A stretch of 64,000 bases of DNA, from contig CAVVMO010000004.1 of NCBI GenBank assembly GCA_963749345.1, positions 286,047 through 350,046 on the forward strand, written 5' to 3'. This DNA comes from an uncultured Bacteroidales bacterium. GTDB taxonomy: Bacteria; Bacteroidota; Bacteroidia; Bacteroidales; JAADJA01. The notes under the pieces were generated by a model. It did no database searches and was not told the DNA's origin. It saw only the letters and a list, made by a program, of their open reading frames with translations. The translations under genes and the position numbers were made by a program. Below are positions 1 to 8,514 of the stretch, one piece after another. The first letter of the stretch is position 1, and each line of letters starts with the position of its first letter.

Positions 1-1
1 A

Positions 2-1301
2 GTCTATACTGAAAAAATAACAAACCGAATCAAATTCACCTTCAACCTTTTTCTGAAGGAACTGCTGAAAGTTGACTACAGCCTGACTGCGAATAATGAT
101 GAATTCAAAGCTTTTGAGGGTGTTAAGTTTAGTTATGCTAAAAAACCTCTGGATAATGAATTGTTTTTCGGTTGTTCAAATTTATTGTTCGAAAGAGGCA
201 TTTCCAATATTGACCTGATGTTTATTGAATATGATGGCCAGCCGGCATTTTTCCCGGTTTACCAAAAGGAATCAGCCATGCCTTTCGATCCTTTTGCTGC
301 CGGGTTTTACCTCGTTTCGCGTTACGAAGAATACCTGCCCTATCGCAAAGATGAATTTGGCCGTTTCAGTGCAAGCGAAAGTCTGGCTTATCAGAAAAAC
401 TTCCTGCACAAACCCATAGTAAATATCTGGGCATTGACGATCGCAAAGAAACTAAAAGAAAGATTTCCGGGTTTTTCATTTCCAGGAACTACATACCAAT
501 TCAAACCCACCATAGATATAGATTCAGCATGGGCCTTCAAGCAAAAAGGGGTTTTGCGTACAACCGGAGGTTACATCAATGCCTTTAGTAACTTTCACTT
601 TTCCTCGATTATACATCGGACAAGGGTTCTCTTCGGCCTTCAAACAGATCCGTTCGAAACTTATAACCTTCAGTTTAGAATTACAGAAAAAATACAAGCT
701 GCAACCCATCTATTTTATCCTTTTTGCTGAATACGGTTTTAACGACAAGAATATCCCTGTTGAAAACCTTGCTTTTCAAACACTGATCAAATCTCTGGCA
801 GACTATGCAGAAGTTGGAATTCACCCTTCCTATAATTCAAATTTTTCAGCAAAAAAACTTAAGGAGGAAATAGAAAGGTTATCCAAAGTTTTGAAACGGG
901 AAGTGACAAAAAGCCGGCAACATTTTCTTAAACTTCAATTGCCTTATACTTACAGAAACCTGATAAACCTGGATATAACCGACGATTATACCATGGGTTT
1001 TGCAGCGCAGCCCGGATTCAGAGCCAGCATTTGCAGCTCATTTAATTTTTATGATTTGGATATGGATGCCGAGACCAAATTAAGGGTTCATCCATTCACA
1101 CTTATGGATGGAACCTTAAGGGACTATATGAACATTGGCGCGGATCAGGCTATGCAATACATTGCACCCCTTATCCAGGAGGTAAAAGCTGTGAACGGGA
1201 CTTTTATTTCATTATGGCACAATGAATCTCTCGGCAATGAGGGGCGATGGACAGGCTGGCTTACTGTATATGAGGAAATGATCAAAGAAGCGTTACGGTA
1301 A
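2..1301 (+). pseudogene. polysaccharide deacetylase-family protein; 5' end lies off-window and the frame is broken by an apparent +1 shift near 660-680
   Basis: The frame is open from nt 2 (VYTEKITNRIKFTF...) to the stop at 730. The overlapping ORF 579..1301 in the next frame continues the same protein (...LQPIYFILFAEYGFNDKN...GIHPSY...SLWHNESL). The two halves join sensibly (..DPFETYN / FSLELQKKYKLQPIYF..) only if one nt is skipped around 665-672. Confidence 0.55.
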
Positions 1302-2242
1302 TGATCAAATACCTTACAAATAGTGAAATCGACAAAAAAAAGTGGGACGATTGTGTCCATGAATCATTCAATGGCATTATATATTCCTATTCGTGGTATC
1401 TTGATATTGTTGCTGAAAACTGGCAGGCTTTGGTCGAGGATGATTACGAAAGGATTTTACCTCTGGTCAGCGAAAATAAATGGAACATTGATTATCTCTA
1501 CCAACCAGTATTTACGCAGCAGCTGGGGGTAATTTCGAAAAATATTCTTACAGAAGATGTAGTAAGTTCATTTTTAATGGCCATTCCAGGTAAATTCAGA
1601 TTTGCAGAAATTAACCTCAACACACTTAACAAAATTAAACCCGGAAATTACAAAATAATTTATTGGCAAAATTTTGAACTTGACCTGATCAATTCCTACG
1701 AAAACCTCTATAAAGGTTATTCAACCAACCTGAAACGAAACCTAAAAAAAGCTGAGAATGCAGGCCTCACTATTTCAAAGAATATTAAGCCTGATGAAAT
1801 TATTGATCTTTTCAAATCAAACCGTGGCCGGAAAATAAAGTCCCTGAGAGAAGACCATTACCAGAAGCTAAAGCGGCTTTCTTATATAGGTATTTATAAA
1901 GGATTGATCTTAACTTATGGCATATATTCTAACCATAACCAACTCGTCGCCGGTGCTATATTTGCGAGGAGCAAGAATAAAATGATCTTTCTTTTTTCAG
2001 GCTTGTCAGAAGAAGGAAAAGAATCACATGCCATTGCTTTTCTTCTCGATTCATTTATCCGGGAACATTCGCAGCATCATCTAACCCTTGACTTTGAGGG
2101 ATCAAATGATCCCAACCTTGCCCGTTTTTATCAAAGTTATGGTTCATCGTTATGCACTTACCCGCATATTAAGTTCAACAGGCTTCCAATGATTACCCGG
2201 CTTATTTTATCCCTGATTAAATGGGTTAGAAAAATTATTTGA
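1301..2242 (+). CDS. GNAT-fold (FemAB/BioF2-like) acetyltransferase family protein, putative
   Basis: 313-aa ORF whose ATG overlaps the upstream stop (TAATG). The N-terminus LTNSEIDKKKWDDCV..SFNG..YSYSWYLD and its length are typical of the acetyltransferase-like proteins found beside deacetylase genes in Bacteroidota. Confidence 0.5.
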   Translation: MIKYLTNSEIDKKKWDDCVHESFNGIIYSYSWYLDIVAENWQALVEDDYERILPLVSENKWNIDYLYQPVFTQQLGVISKNILTEDVVSSFLMAIPGKFRFAEINLNTLNKIKPGNYKIIYWQNFELDLINSYENLYKGYSTNLKRNLKKAENAGLTISKNIKPDEIIDLFKSNRGRKIKSLREDHYQKLKRLSYIGIYKGLILTYGIYSNHNQLVAGAIFARSKNKMIFLFSGLSEEGKESHAIAFLLDSFIREHSQHHLTLDFEGSNDPNLARFYQSYGSSLCTYPHIKFNRLPMITRLILSLIKWVRKII

Positions 2243-2305
2243 AAGTCCGTCCCACAAAAAAAATCTCAATCTGCTTATTGAGTATTGCGTTCATAAAAAT
2301 AATTG

Positions 2306-2313
2306 TAGATTTG
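2306..2313 (+). promoter_or_regulatory. Bacteroidota -7 promoter box TAGATTTG upstream of upp
   Basis: Exact match to TAnnTTTG, 44 nt upstream of the ATG at 2357. Confidence 0.4.
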
Positions 2314-2356
2314 TAACGAAAATATTTTCAGGTCGATTAACAACTCAACCACCGCC

Positions 2357-3010
2357 ATGATAAAAAATTTAGGTCTGAGCAACTCCATATTAAATCAATA
2401 CATTGCCGAGATCAGGGACAATGTAATCCAAAGCGATAGTTTGCGATTCAGGTATAATCTCGAGCGTATCAGCGAGATTTTTGCCTATGAAATAAGCAAA
2501 ACGATGGAGTACGAAAAAACTGAAGTCATTACTCCACTGGGAAGTGCAGAAGTTCCAATTTTGAAGAATTATCCGGTTATTATTCCTGTTTTGCGTGCAG
2601 GCTTGCCCATGCACCGCGGACTTCAAAACATCTTCGACAAATCAGAAAGTGCTTTTATTTCCGCTTATCGCAAAGTTGAAAAGAACGAAAAATTCATCAT
2701 CAAGGTAGAATATGTTTCATCTCCTGACCTAACCGGCAAAACTTTAATTTTAGCCGACCCCATGATGGCAACTGGTGCTTCTATCGTTGCGGTTTATAAG
2801 GAGCTGATCACGTTGGGAAAACCCGCACATTTTCACATTGTGATCATCATTGCAAGTGCCGAGGGAGTGGAGTTTGTTAAAAAAAGCCTGCCCGATAAAG
2901 AGGTCACACTTTGGGTGGGTGCTATTGATGACGAATTAACAGCCAAGGCTTACATCGTCCCGGGATTAGGCGATGCAGGCGATCTGGCATTTGGAAGAAA
3001 GAATTCCTGA
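2357..3010 (+). CDS. upp: uracil phosphoribosyltransferase
   Basis: 217 aa. It has the PRPP-binding motif LILADPMMATGAS, a VLRAGL loop and the C-terminal YIVPGLGDAGDLAFG signature of Upp. Confidence 0.9.
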   Translation: MIKNLGLSNSILNQYIAEIRDNVIQSDSLRFRYNLERISEIFAYEISKTMEYEKTEVITPLGSAEVPILKNYPVIIPVLRAGLPMHRGLQNIFDKSESAFISAYRKVEKNEKFIIKVEYVSSPDLTGKTLILADPMMATGASIVAVYKELITLGKPAHFHIVIIIASAEGVEFVKKSLPDKEVTLWVGAIDDELTAKAYIVPGLGDAGDLAFGRKNS

Positions 3011-3227
3011 CCCATATCAGGAAAATTAATTTATTTGTTCCAGCAACCCATTTTTCATCTCGCCTTGTCATTGACTTGCTACTTTAATAATATTTCGCAA
3101 AAATTTCAATTTTGAATTCACTCAGACCAGGATGATGATTTCTTTTTCTCGCCTGTCTAAAACTTTTGCATAGAAATTTCGTTAATTAACAGATCGAATA
3201 TTGCTTTTTAGTGAAACAGGAACTACC

Positions 3228-3731
3228 ATGACATTTATTATTGGTTTAAAAATCTTCAAATTACTTCAGGTACTCATTGTAAGCGGAATAAAATTTTTAT
3301 TCGCCCCCCTCATTTCGATTGGTTATGGGTTCAATTATATCCAAACAGCACTCATTACTGCTCTTGGAGGTATTCTGGGAATTTTATTTTTTTACTTTCT
3401 GAGCAAATGGATCATCGCTCAATACTACAAATATAGTCCTGTTATTTACAGTTATTTTACAGGAGTTAAAATCAGCCGTTCGCGGATAATTCTGATCCGT
3501 GAAAGTATTATTAAAAAGAAATTCACCCGGAAAAACAAGCTTATCATCAATGTACGGAACAAATATGGATTCTTCGGGGTAATTATCCTGACTCCGGTTT
3601 TACTCTCCATACCCTTGGGTGCATTTCTTGCACGAAAATATTATTCCGGAAGAAGCAACACCCTCATTTACATGAGCATTTCTGCGGTTTTGTGGTCCTT
3701 CTTTATTTCCTCTATTTTCTTTCTATTCTAA
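3228..3731 (+). CDS. small multi-pass membrane protein, unknown function
   Basis: The ORF 3201..3731 starts at TTG; the first ATG is at 3228 (MTFIIGLKIF...). Several hydrophobic segments are separated by basic loops (KKKFTRKNK). Confidence 0.55.
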   Translation: MTFIIGLKIFKLLQVLIVSGIKFLFAPLISIGYGFNYIQTALITALGGILGILFFYFLSKWIIAQYYKYSPVIYSYFTGVKISRSRIILIRESIIKKKFTRKNKLIINVRNKYGFFGVIILTPVLLSIPLGAFLARKYYSGRSNTLIYMSISAVLWSFFISSIFFLF

Positions 3732-3846
3732 AAGATTCAAATAATAGTCAGCCTTTTTTTGTTTTTGACGATTTGGTCGCTTTCTGATCACACAGAATAT
3801 TTTGTTGGAATTAATAATAATTGCTTCTGCAACTCTGAATAAACCC

Positions 3847-3854
3847 TATCTTTG
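3847..3854 (+). promoter_or_regulatory. -7 promoter box TATCTTTG upstream of the ABC permease gene
   Basis: TAnnTTTG match 21 nt upstream of the ATG at 3875. Confidence 0.4.
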
Positions 3855-3874
3855 CTTTCATATATTCTATTATA

Positions 3875-5116
3875 ATGACTGGATTATTAATTGAAAATTT
3901 GAGGATATCCCTTGAGTCAATCAGGTCGCACCTTGTACGAACCATCCTAACCGTGCTGATCATCGCATTTGGTATCATGGCTTTGGTAGGAATCCTTACC
4001 TCCATTGATTCAATAAAATATTTTCTTACTGAGAACTTTACCATGATGGGTGCAAATACCTTTACCATAAGAAACAGGTCGATGCAAATCCAAATGGGAA
4101 ATAAAACTGAAAGGGCAAGATATTATGAACCGATTTCCTACGACGAAGCCCTCTCTTTTAAGGAAAACTTTGATTTTCCTGCCAGTACCTCCGTTCATGC
4201 TTTCGCCACACATATTGCCACATTAAAATACGGATCTGAAAAGACAAACCCCAATGTTGTCGTGCTGGGAACCGATGAAGACTATTTGACAACCTCCGGA
4301 TCAGAGCTTGCCGAAGGACGAAACTTTAATCAAAACGAAATATACCATGGCTCTCATGTTGCCATCATCGGCAGCGAATTGAAAAGCAAGCTTTTTAAAA
4401 ATAAAAAAAATCCGGTTGGGGAGATCATTTCTATTGGACCGGGCAAATATCGCGTGATAGGAGTACTGGAACCAAAAGGGTCGAGTTTCGGATTTTCAGG
4501 TGATAAAAACGTTCTTGTACCTCTCAACAATGTCAGGCAATATTTTTCTTCATCCAACCGGTCATATACTATTAATGTTATGGCTGCCAAACCGGAATTG
4601 ATGGAGTCGGCCATTGGAGAAGCCACTGGGGTTTTGCGGCTTATACGTCAAACACCTTTAGGCGAGGATAATGATTTTGAGATCACTAAAAGCGACAAAC
4701 TGGTAACCACATTCCTCGAAAATCTGAAGTACATCCGCTATGCAGCCATTTTTATTGGCGCAATAACACTAATGGGTGCTGCAATCGGGTTGATGAACAT
4801 TATGCTGGTTTCAGTTACTGAACGGACTAAAGAAATAGGAATAAGGAAAGCAGCCGGAGCGACCAAAAGAACTATAAAAAATCAATTTCTGGCCGAAGCC
4901 ATAGTCATTGCACAAATTGGTGGGATACTCGGGATCATTTTCGGAATTGGCATTGGTAACATCCTTTCAATGATCATCGGAAGTAGCTTTATTGTTCCAT
5001 GGTTATGGATTATTGTTGGAGTTGGGTTGTGTTTCTTTGTTTCCATTATCTCAGGTTATCTGCCAGCTACCAAAGCTGCCAGGCTTGACCCTATTGAATC
5101 CCTCAGGTACGAATAG
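3875..5116 (+). CDS. ABC transporter permease, MacB/FtsX family
   Basis: 413 aa. An N-terminal TM helix is followed by a large periplasmic domain and then a C-terminal FtsX-type 3-TM bundle ([19 protein letters not shown]...[18 protein letters not shown]). Confidence 0.85.
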   Translation: MTGLLIENLRISLESIRSHLVRTILTVLIIAFGIMALVGILTSIDSIKYFLTENFTMMGANTFTIRNRSMQIQMGNKTERARYYEPISYDEALSFKENFDFPASTSVHAFATHIATLKYGSEKTNPNVVVLGTDEDYLTTSGSELAEGRNFNQNEIYHGSHVAIIGSELKSKLFKNKKNPVGEIISIGPGKYRVIGVLEPKGSSFGFSGDKNVLVPLNNVRQYFSSSNRSYTINVMAAKPELMESAIGEATGVLRLIRQTPLGEDNDFEITKSDKLVTTFLENLKYIRYAAIFIGAITLMGAAIGLMNIMLVSVTERTKEIGIRKAAGATKRTIKNQFLAEAIVIAQIGGILGIIFGIGIGNILSMIIGSSFIVPWLWIIVGVGLCFFVSIISGYLPATKAARLDPIESLRYE

Positions 5117-5246
5117 TCTTTATTAAACCTGATATCCCCCAATCAAAATAACCCGTAACTAAAAAGCAAAATCTTAAATCGGATTACTCCAATTGCAGAC
5201 ACTGTTCGTCGTTCGACATGGCATAAAAAACACACTTTCCGGATTA

Positions 5247-5280
5247 AAGGAATCCAAAGTCCTGTTTCCCGACTTCTGAC
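5247..5280. repeat. left copy of a composite repeat (21-nt direct unit followed by a 13-nt inverted unit)
   Basis: AAGGAATCCAAAGTCCTGTTT (5247-5267) recurs exactly at 5541-5561. CCCGACTTCTGAC (5268-5280) is the reverse complement (12/13) of GTCAGAAGTCAGG at 5528-5540. Confidence 0.8.
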
Positions 5281-5313
5281 GCTTCTTCTTTTTAGGGCGA
5301 TCTTAAATTTTAA

Positions 5314-5460
5314 TTAACTAATAATGAGGACGATAAAAATTACGAATGCGAAATTTACCGCACTAACTGATTTTTTTCTATTTTTTCGGTTTGCAACTCT
5401 TAAATTGATTTTAACTGCTTGAGAATCGCTTAAAGAAATATCAAATAATTTTTTTTGCAT
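5314..5460 (-). CDS. candidate 48-aa tail-anchored small membrane protein (below the ORF-track cutoff)
   Basis: Hand translation gives MQKKLFDISLSDSQAVKINLRVANRKNRKKSVSAVNFAFVIFIVLIIS*. A basic patch precedes a C-terminal hydrophobic helix. The ORF is the only one in a 480-bp convergent gap and is bracketed by the repeats at 5247-5280 and 5528-5561. It could be a chance ORF in AT-rich DNA. Confidence 0.25.
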   Translation of the reverse strand: MQKKLFDISLSDSQAVKINLRVANRKNRKKSVSAVNFAFVIFIVLIIS

Positions 5461-5527
5461 TTATTCAATTCTCAGAGGCTTTAGATTTCAAATACGAAAA
5501 TATTGAAGATGTCCTACCGCACTAAAT

Positions 5528-5561
5528 GTCAGAAGTCAGGAAGGAATCCAAAGTCCTGTTT
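5528..5561. repeat. right copy of the composite repeat (13-nt inverted unit followed by the 21-nt direct unit)
   Basis: See 5247..5280. An 11-nt direct repeat TACCGCACTAA also occurs at 5356-5366 and 5515-5525. Confidence 0.8.
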
Positions 5562-5596
5562 TTTATTCTGAATCTTCCATTGCCTTTTCTGTTTTA

Positions 5597-6112
5597 TCAC
5601 TCTTCACAAAGCTTTTCAAGGGTTTCGAGTCCCCGGCAGTTTTTCATTTCACTGAATTTTGCTACATCTTTAAGGTCGAAACTTCCAGAAGCGGCAAGGA
5701 TGGTGGTTTCTTTACTTTCCTGAATTACAATGATAATCTCTGAAAGCTTATCCCCATCCTTTTTTACCATCATATCCACTTTATCTCCACTGTTTTTTAC
5801 TTCTACCAGCCCTTTATAGGTTTTAAAATCGATGCTTGAATTAAACTTTTCGTAAATATCTGCCGCTTTGTATTGCGCAGACGATCCCTCCTCAAAAGAA
5901 AGTATTTTAATCGAGATTAACTTGTTTGCCTCAGGAGAAGCATTGCCTTCCTTGTTTGAAGTGAACAGGTTGGTTTTCATATCCAGGAAGTAAAATCCCG
6001 GCTGATCGGCATATTTTTTAATCAGTTCATCCAGTGGATTTGACTGTGCAAATAACATGATGGGGAAAAGGCCACCGATGATGATCAGAATAATTTTATT
6101 GATGATTTTCAT
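5597..6112 (-). CDS. DUF4252 domain-containing protein (paralog 3)
   Basis: 171 aa with a signal peptide ending in FAQ and the motif LIKKYADQPGFYFLDM. It is paralogous to the two upstream ORFs and is the last gene of the ECF sigma operon. Confidence 0.75.
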   Translation of the reverse strand: MKIINKIILIIIGGLFPIMLFAQSNPLDELIKKYADQPGFYFLDMKTNLFTSNKEGNASPEANKLISIKILSFEEGSSAQYKAADIYEKFNSSIDFKTYKGLVEVKNSGDKVDMMVKKDGDKLSEIIIVIQESKETTILAASGSFDLKDVAKFSEMKNCRGLETLEKLCEE

Positions 6113-6136
6113 AACATTGCGTTTTTAAGGTTATTA

Positions 6137-6673
6137 TTACTTCTTCATTTTTTCGAGGTAGTTCATTCCATCCAGATTCATCGATTTACCAAGTTTTGCA
6201 ACATAATTCAGATCGATATTTCCGGTCATGCTTAAAATTACGGCCTCATCCTTTCCATCTACCACCATAATCATTTCAGTTATTACCTGCTGATTATTTT
6301 TTGCATAAAAATTCACATTGGCTTCGCTGTCCCTGATCACCATCAATTCCTTATACTCGCTGAAAGGAATGGAACTCATGATGTCTTTATAGAATTTTTC
6401 CTTGGTTTCCTTGCTTCCTTTTTCAGAGGAATATACAAGCAACTTAAGCGATTCAAGCCCTTCCACTGCTTTCTGGAAGTCCGCAAACTCCGGATCATCG
6501 GCATCGATCTCGGCGAATAGTTCGAACAAACCTTTAGAAACTTCAACTGAAGTATAGTCTTCCTGGTCGGAATAACGGCTGAAAAAACTGTCAACCGGAC
6601 TTTTTTGTGCAAGCGAAATCATTGGCACCGCCAACACGATCATTACTACTGATTTAAAAATTGTACTTTTCAT
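6137..6673 (-). CDS. DUF4252 domain-containing protein (paralog 2)
   Basis: 178 aa with a signal peptide (..SLAQ), FFSRYSDQEDYTSVEVSKGLFELFA, and a C-terminal ...GNIDLNYVAKL pattern shared with its neighbours. Confidence 0.75.
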   Translation of the reverse strand: MKSTIFKSVVMIVLAVPMISLAQKSPVDSFFSRYSDQEDYTSVEVSKGLFELFAEIDADDPEFADFQKAVEGLESLKLLVYSSEKGSKETKEKFYKDIMSSIPFSEYKELMVIRDSEANVNFYAKNNQQVITEMIMVVDGKDEAVILSMTGNIDLNYVAKLGKSMNLDGMNYLEKMKK

Positions 6674-6742
6674 GTTTAAATGTTTTTAAAGTTAATATTT
6701 TTTTAATGCAACATAGGAATAAAAACCAGTCCCCTGCTTCGG

Positions 6743-7282
6743 CTATTTTTCTATTTCTTCAAGGTTTTCCATCCCTTCAATTTTCATTGCCTTCGATAAT
6801 TTCGAAATGGTTTTCAGGTCAATATTTCCCTGGATACTGATGAGAACATTTTCCTCAGTACCACCAACCACCATTAACAGTTCATTGATGATTTTACCAT
6901 CTTTGCGGATAAGGAATTTAATATCCTGGTTATCTTTTTTCACCACCATCAGTTCTTCGTACTTCTGCTTTGGAAAATCTTTGATAATCTCATTGTAAAA
7001 ATTTACCGATTTGTTCAGAGCACCCGTTGTGTCATCCACTGAAATGATTTTAATACAGGTTAGGTTTTTAACCAGGTCCAAAAATCCTTCTTCATCACCT
7101 TCAGTATCCATGTCAGCAAAAAGGCTGAACATCGCTTGCGTGATATAAACCGAGGTAAAGCCTTCTTTTTGCGAATATTTGTCGAACAAAGCATCTGCAG
7201 GGCTTTGTGCAATAGCCATAACCGGCAGCATAATTGCCAGCAAAACTGTGATTTTCAAATTTTGATTTTTCATTTTATTCAT
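6743..7282 (-). CDS. DUF4252 domain-containing protein (paralog 1)
   Basis: 179 aa with a signal peptide (..AIAQ). LFDKYSQKEGFTSVYITQAMFSLFA is the classic DUF4252 N-terminal motif. The gene overlaps the upstream gene by 8 nt. Confidence 0.8.
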   Translation of the reverse strand: MNKMKNQNLKITVLLAIMLPVMAIAQSPADALFDKYSQKEGFTSVYITQAMFSLFADMDTEGDEEGFLDLVKNLTCIKIISVDDTTGALNKSVNFYNEIIKDFPKQKYEELMVVKKDNQDIKFLIRKDGKIINELLMVVGGTEENVLISIQGNIDLKTISKLSKAMKIEGMENLEEIEK

Positions 7283-7844
7283 TTTTAGTTGTTATTATTT
7301 CTTTAGCTTTATCGAATATCGTAACTTTTTCCAATTGCTTCAGCCCTGTTTGAAAGGCAGAAACCTTATCCAGTTCACTCAAACCAGCATTGAATTCTTT
7401 AATACTTTTCATTTCATTTACACCTGAGTTCAGGTTAACCGAAACTTTCATCAGGACTTTTTTGGTCTCAGCATAAGCCAGCAAAGGATCATTATAAGTA
7501 TCTTTCAATGATGAACCCGTAAGTCCATATCGAAAGTACAAACCTAGTAATATTATAACGCCGGCGGCTATGGAGGAAATGAAATACAATCTTTTTCTAT
7601 TAACATAAGTTATGGGGATGATTTTTTTATCATCAATGGCTGCAAGGACTTTTTCATCAAAATCAGATGAAGGCAACTCCTCGTTTTTTGAAGATTCAAA
7701 GTACGAAAAGAGTTCTTTATAGTTTCTGAGATGCAATGGAACCTCTTCCTTCAGAAAAAAAACTTTCAACTGCTGTTCCTCATCAGCAGAAGTTTCTCCT
7801 CTTTCATACTTTTCAATCAGTTGTTCAATTCTTTGCAAATTCAT
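7275..7844 (-). CDS. putative anti-sigma factor (single-pass membrane protein)
   Basis: 189 aa. It overlaps the sigma gene by 20 nt. A cytoplasmic N-domain (LIEKYERGETSADEEQQL) is followed by one TM segment (YFISSIAAGVIILLGLYF) and a periplasmic C-domain. Position and topology are typical of ECF partners in Bacteroidota. Confidence 0.6.
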   Translation of the reverse strand: MNLQRIEQLIEKYERGETSADEEQQLKVFFLKEEVPLHLRNYKELFSYFESSKNEELPSSDFDEKVLAAIDDKKIIPITYVNRKRLYFISSIAAGVIILLGLYFRYGLTGSSLKDTYNDPLLAYAETKKVLMKVSVNLNSGVNEMKSIKEFNAGLSELDKVSAFQTGLKQLEKVTIFDKAKEIITTKNE

Positions 7845-8340
7845 AATTATAAGTTTTTGTAAGCATTTCCCTTACTTTTTTGCGGGCTCTCGATAGGTTA
7901 ACCCTGATAGTATTCATGTTCAATTCCATAATTTCTGCTATTTCATCGAGGTCATATTCCTCAACATCTCTCAAATGAATGATCATCCGCTGTTGCTCAG
8001 GTAAGGATTGAATGATCAATTGGATTTTCTCAAATGACTCAGTTAATTCCAGCCTTGTATGTGGGTTTGATTCGCCCATTTTTTCATGATTTTCAGTCAA
8101 TTCATCTGTTTTATAACCTTTTGATTTCATTCTGTCCAGGCAAAGATTCTTTGTTATCGTTAGTGCAAATGCTTCAATGCTTCTGTATTCCTTAAGAGCA
8201 TCTTTTTTTGTCCATAACCGCAGAAACGTTTCCTGCACTGCATCTTCCGCTTCAGGAACATTATTAAGCAATCTTTTTGCAAGTCTGTACAATTTATGCT
8301 TAACCGGAAGTACTTCTATTTTGAACGTTTCAACTGTCAT
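7825..8340 (-). CDS. RNA polymerase ECF-type sigma-70 factor
   Basis: 171 aa. Region 2 reads EAEDAVQETFLRLW and region 4 reads LPEQQRMIIHLRDVEEYDLDEIAEIMELNMNTIRVNLSRARKKV. Confidence 0.9.
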   Translation of the reverse strand: MTVETFKIEVLPVKHKLYRLAKRLLNNVPEAEDAVQETFLRLWTKKDALKEYRSIEAFALTITKNLCLDRMKSKGYKTDELTENHEKMGESNPHTRLELTESFEKIQLIIQSLPEQQRMIIHLRDVEEYDLDEIAEIMELNMNTIRVNLSRARKKVREMLTKTYNYEFAKN

Positions 8341-8350
8341 GTGTTCAGAA

Positions 8351-8376
8351 GACGATCATTATTTCAGATTATTACA
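8351..8376 (-). promoter_or_regulatory. candidate ECF-type autoregulatory promoter TGTAAT-N16-CGTC
   Basis: On the minus strand TGTAAT (8376-8371) and CGTC (8354-8351) are separated by exactly 16 nt, directly upstream of the sigma ATG at 8340. This resembles the ECF -35/-10 architecture. The implied leader would be very short. Confidence 0.25.
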
Positions 8377-8448
8377 ACAAATTAAAAAATACCTTATTCT
8401 TTTATTTTATGTCATTCAAACAAAAGTTGTAAAATTTCCATTTTTAAT

Positions 8449-8456
8449 TATTTTTG
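8449..8456 (+). promoter_or_regulatory. -7 promoter box TATTTTTG upstream of the POT transporter gene
   Basis: TAnnTTTG match 59 nt upstream of the ATG at 8515. Confidence 0.4.
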
Positions 8457-8514
8457 TCCTCTATAAAATTTCCGGAAGTAAATTTATTCAAATAATAATT
8501 TAACAATTAAAACT

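Noticed and set aside
8177-8503. 108-aa plus-strand ORF overlapping the 5' end of the ECF sigma gene and the divergent promoter region.
   Set aside because: It is antisense to a well-supported sigma-70 region-2 coding sequence. The remainder is AT-rich intergenic DNA translated as Ile/Leu/Phe/Lys runs.
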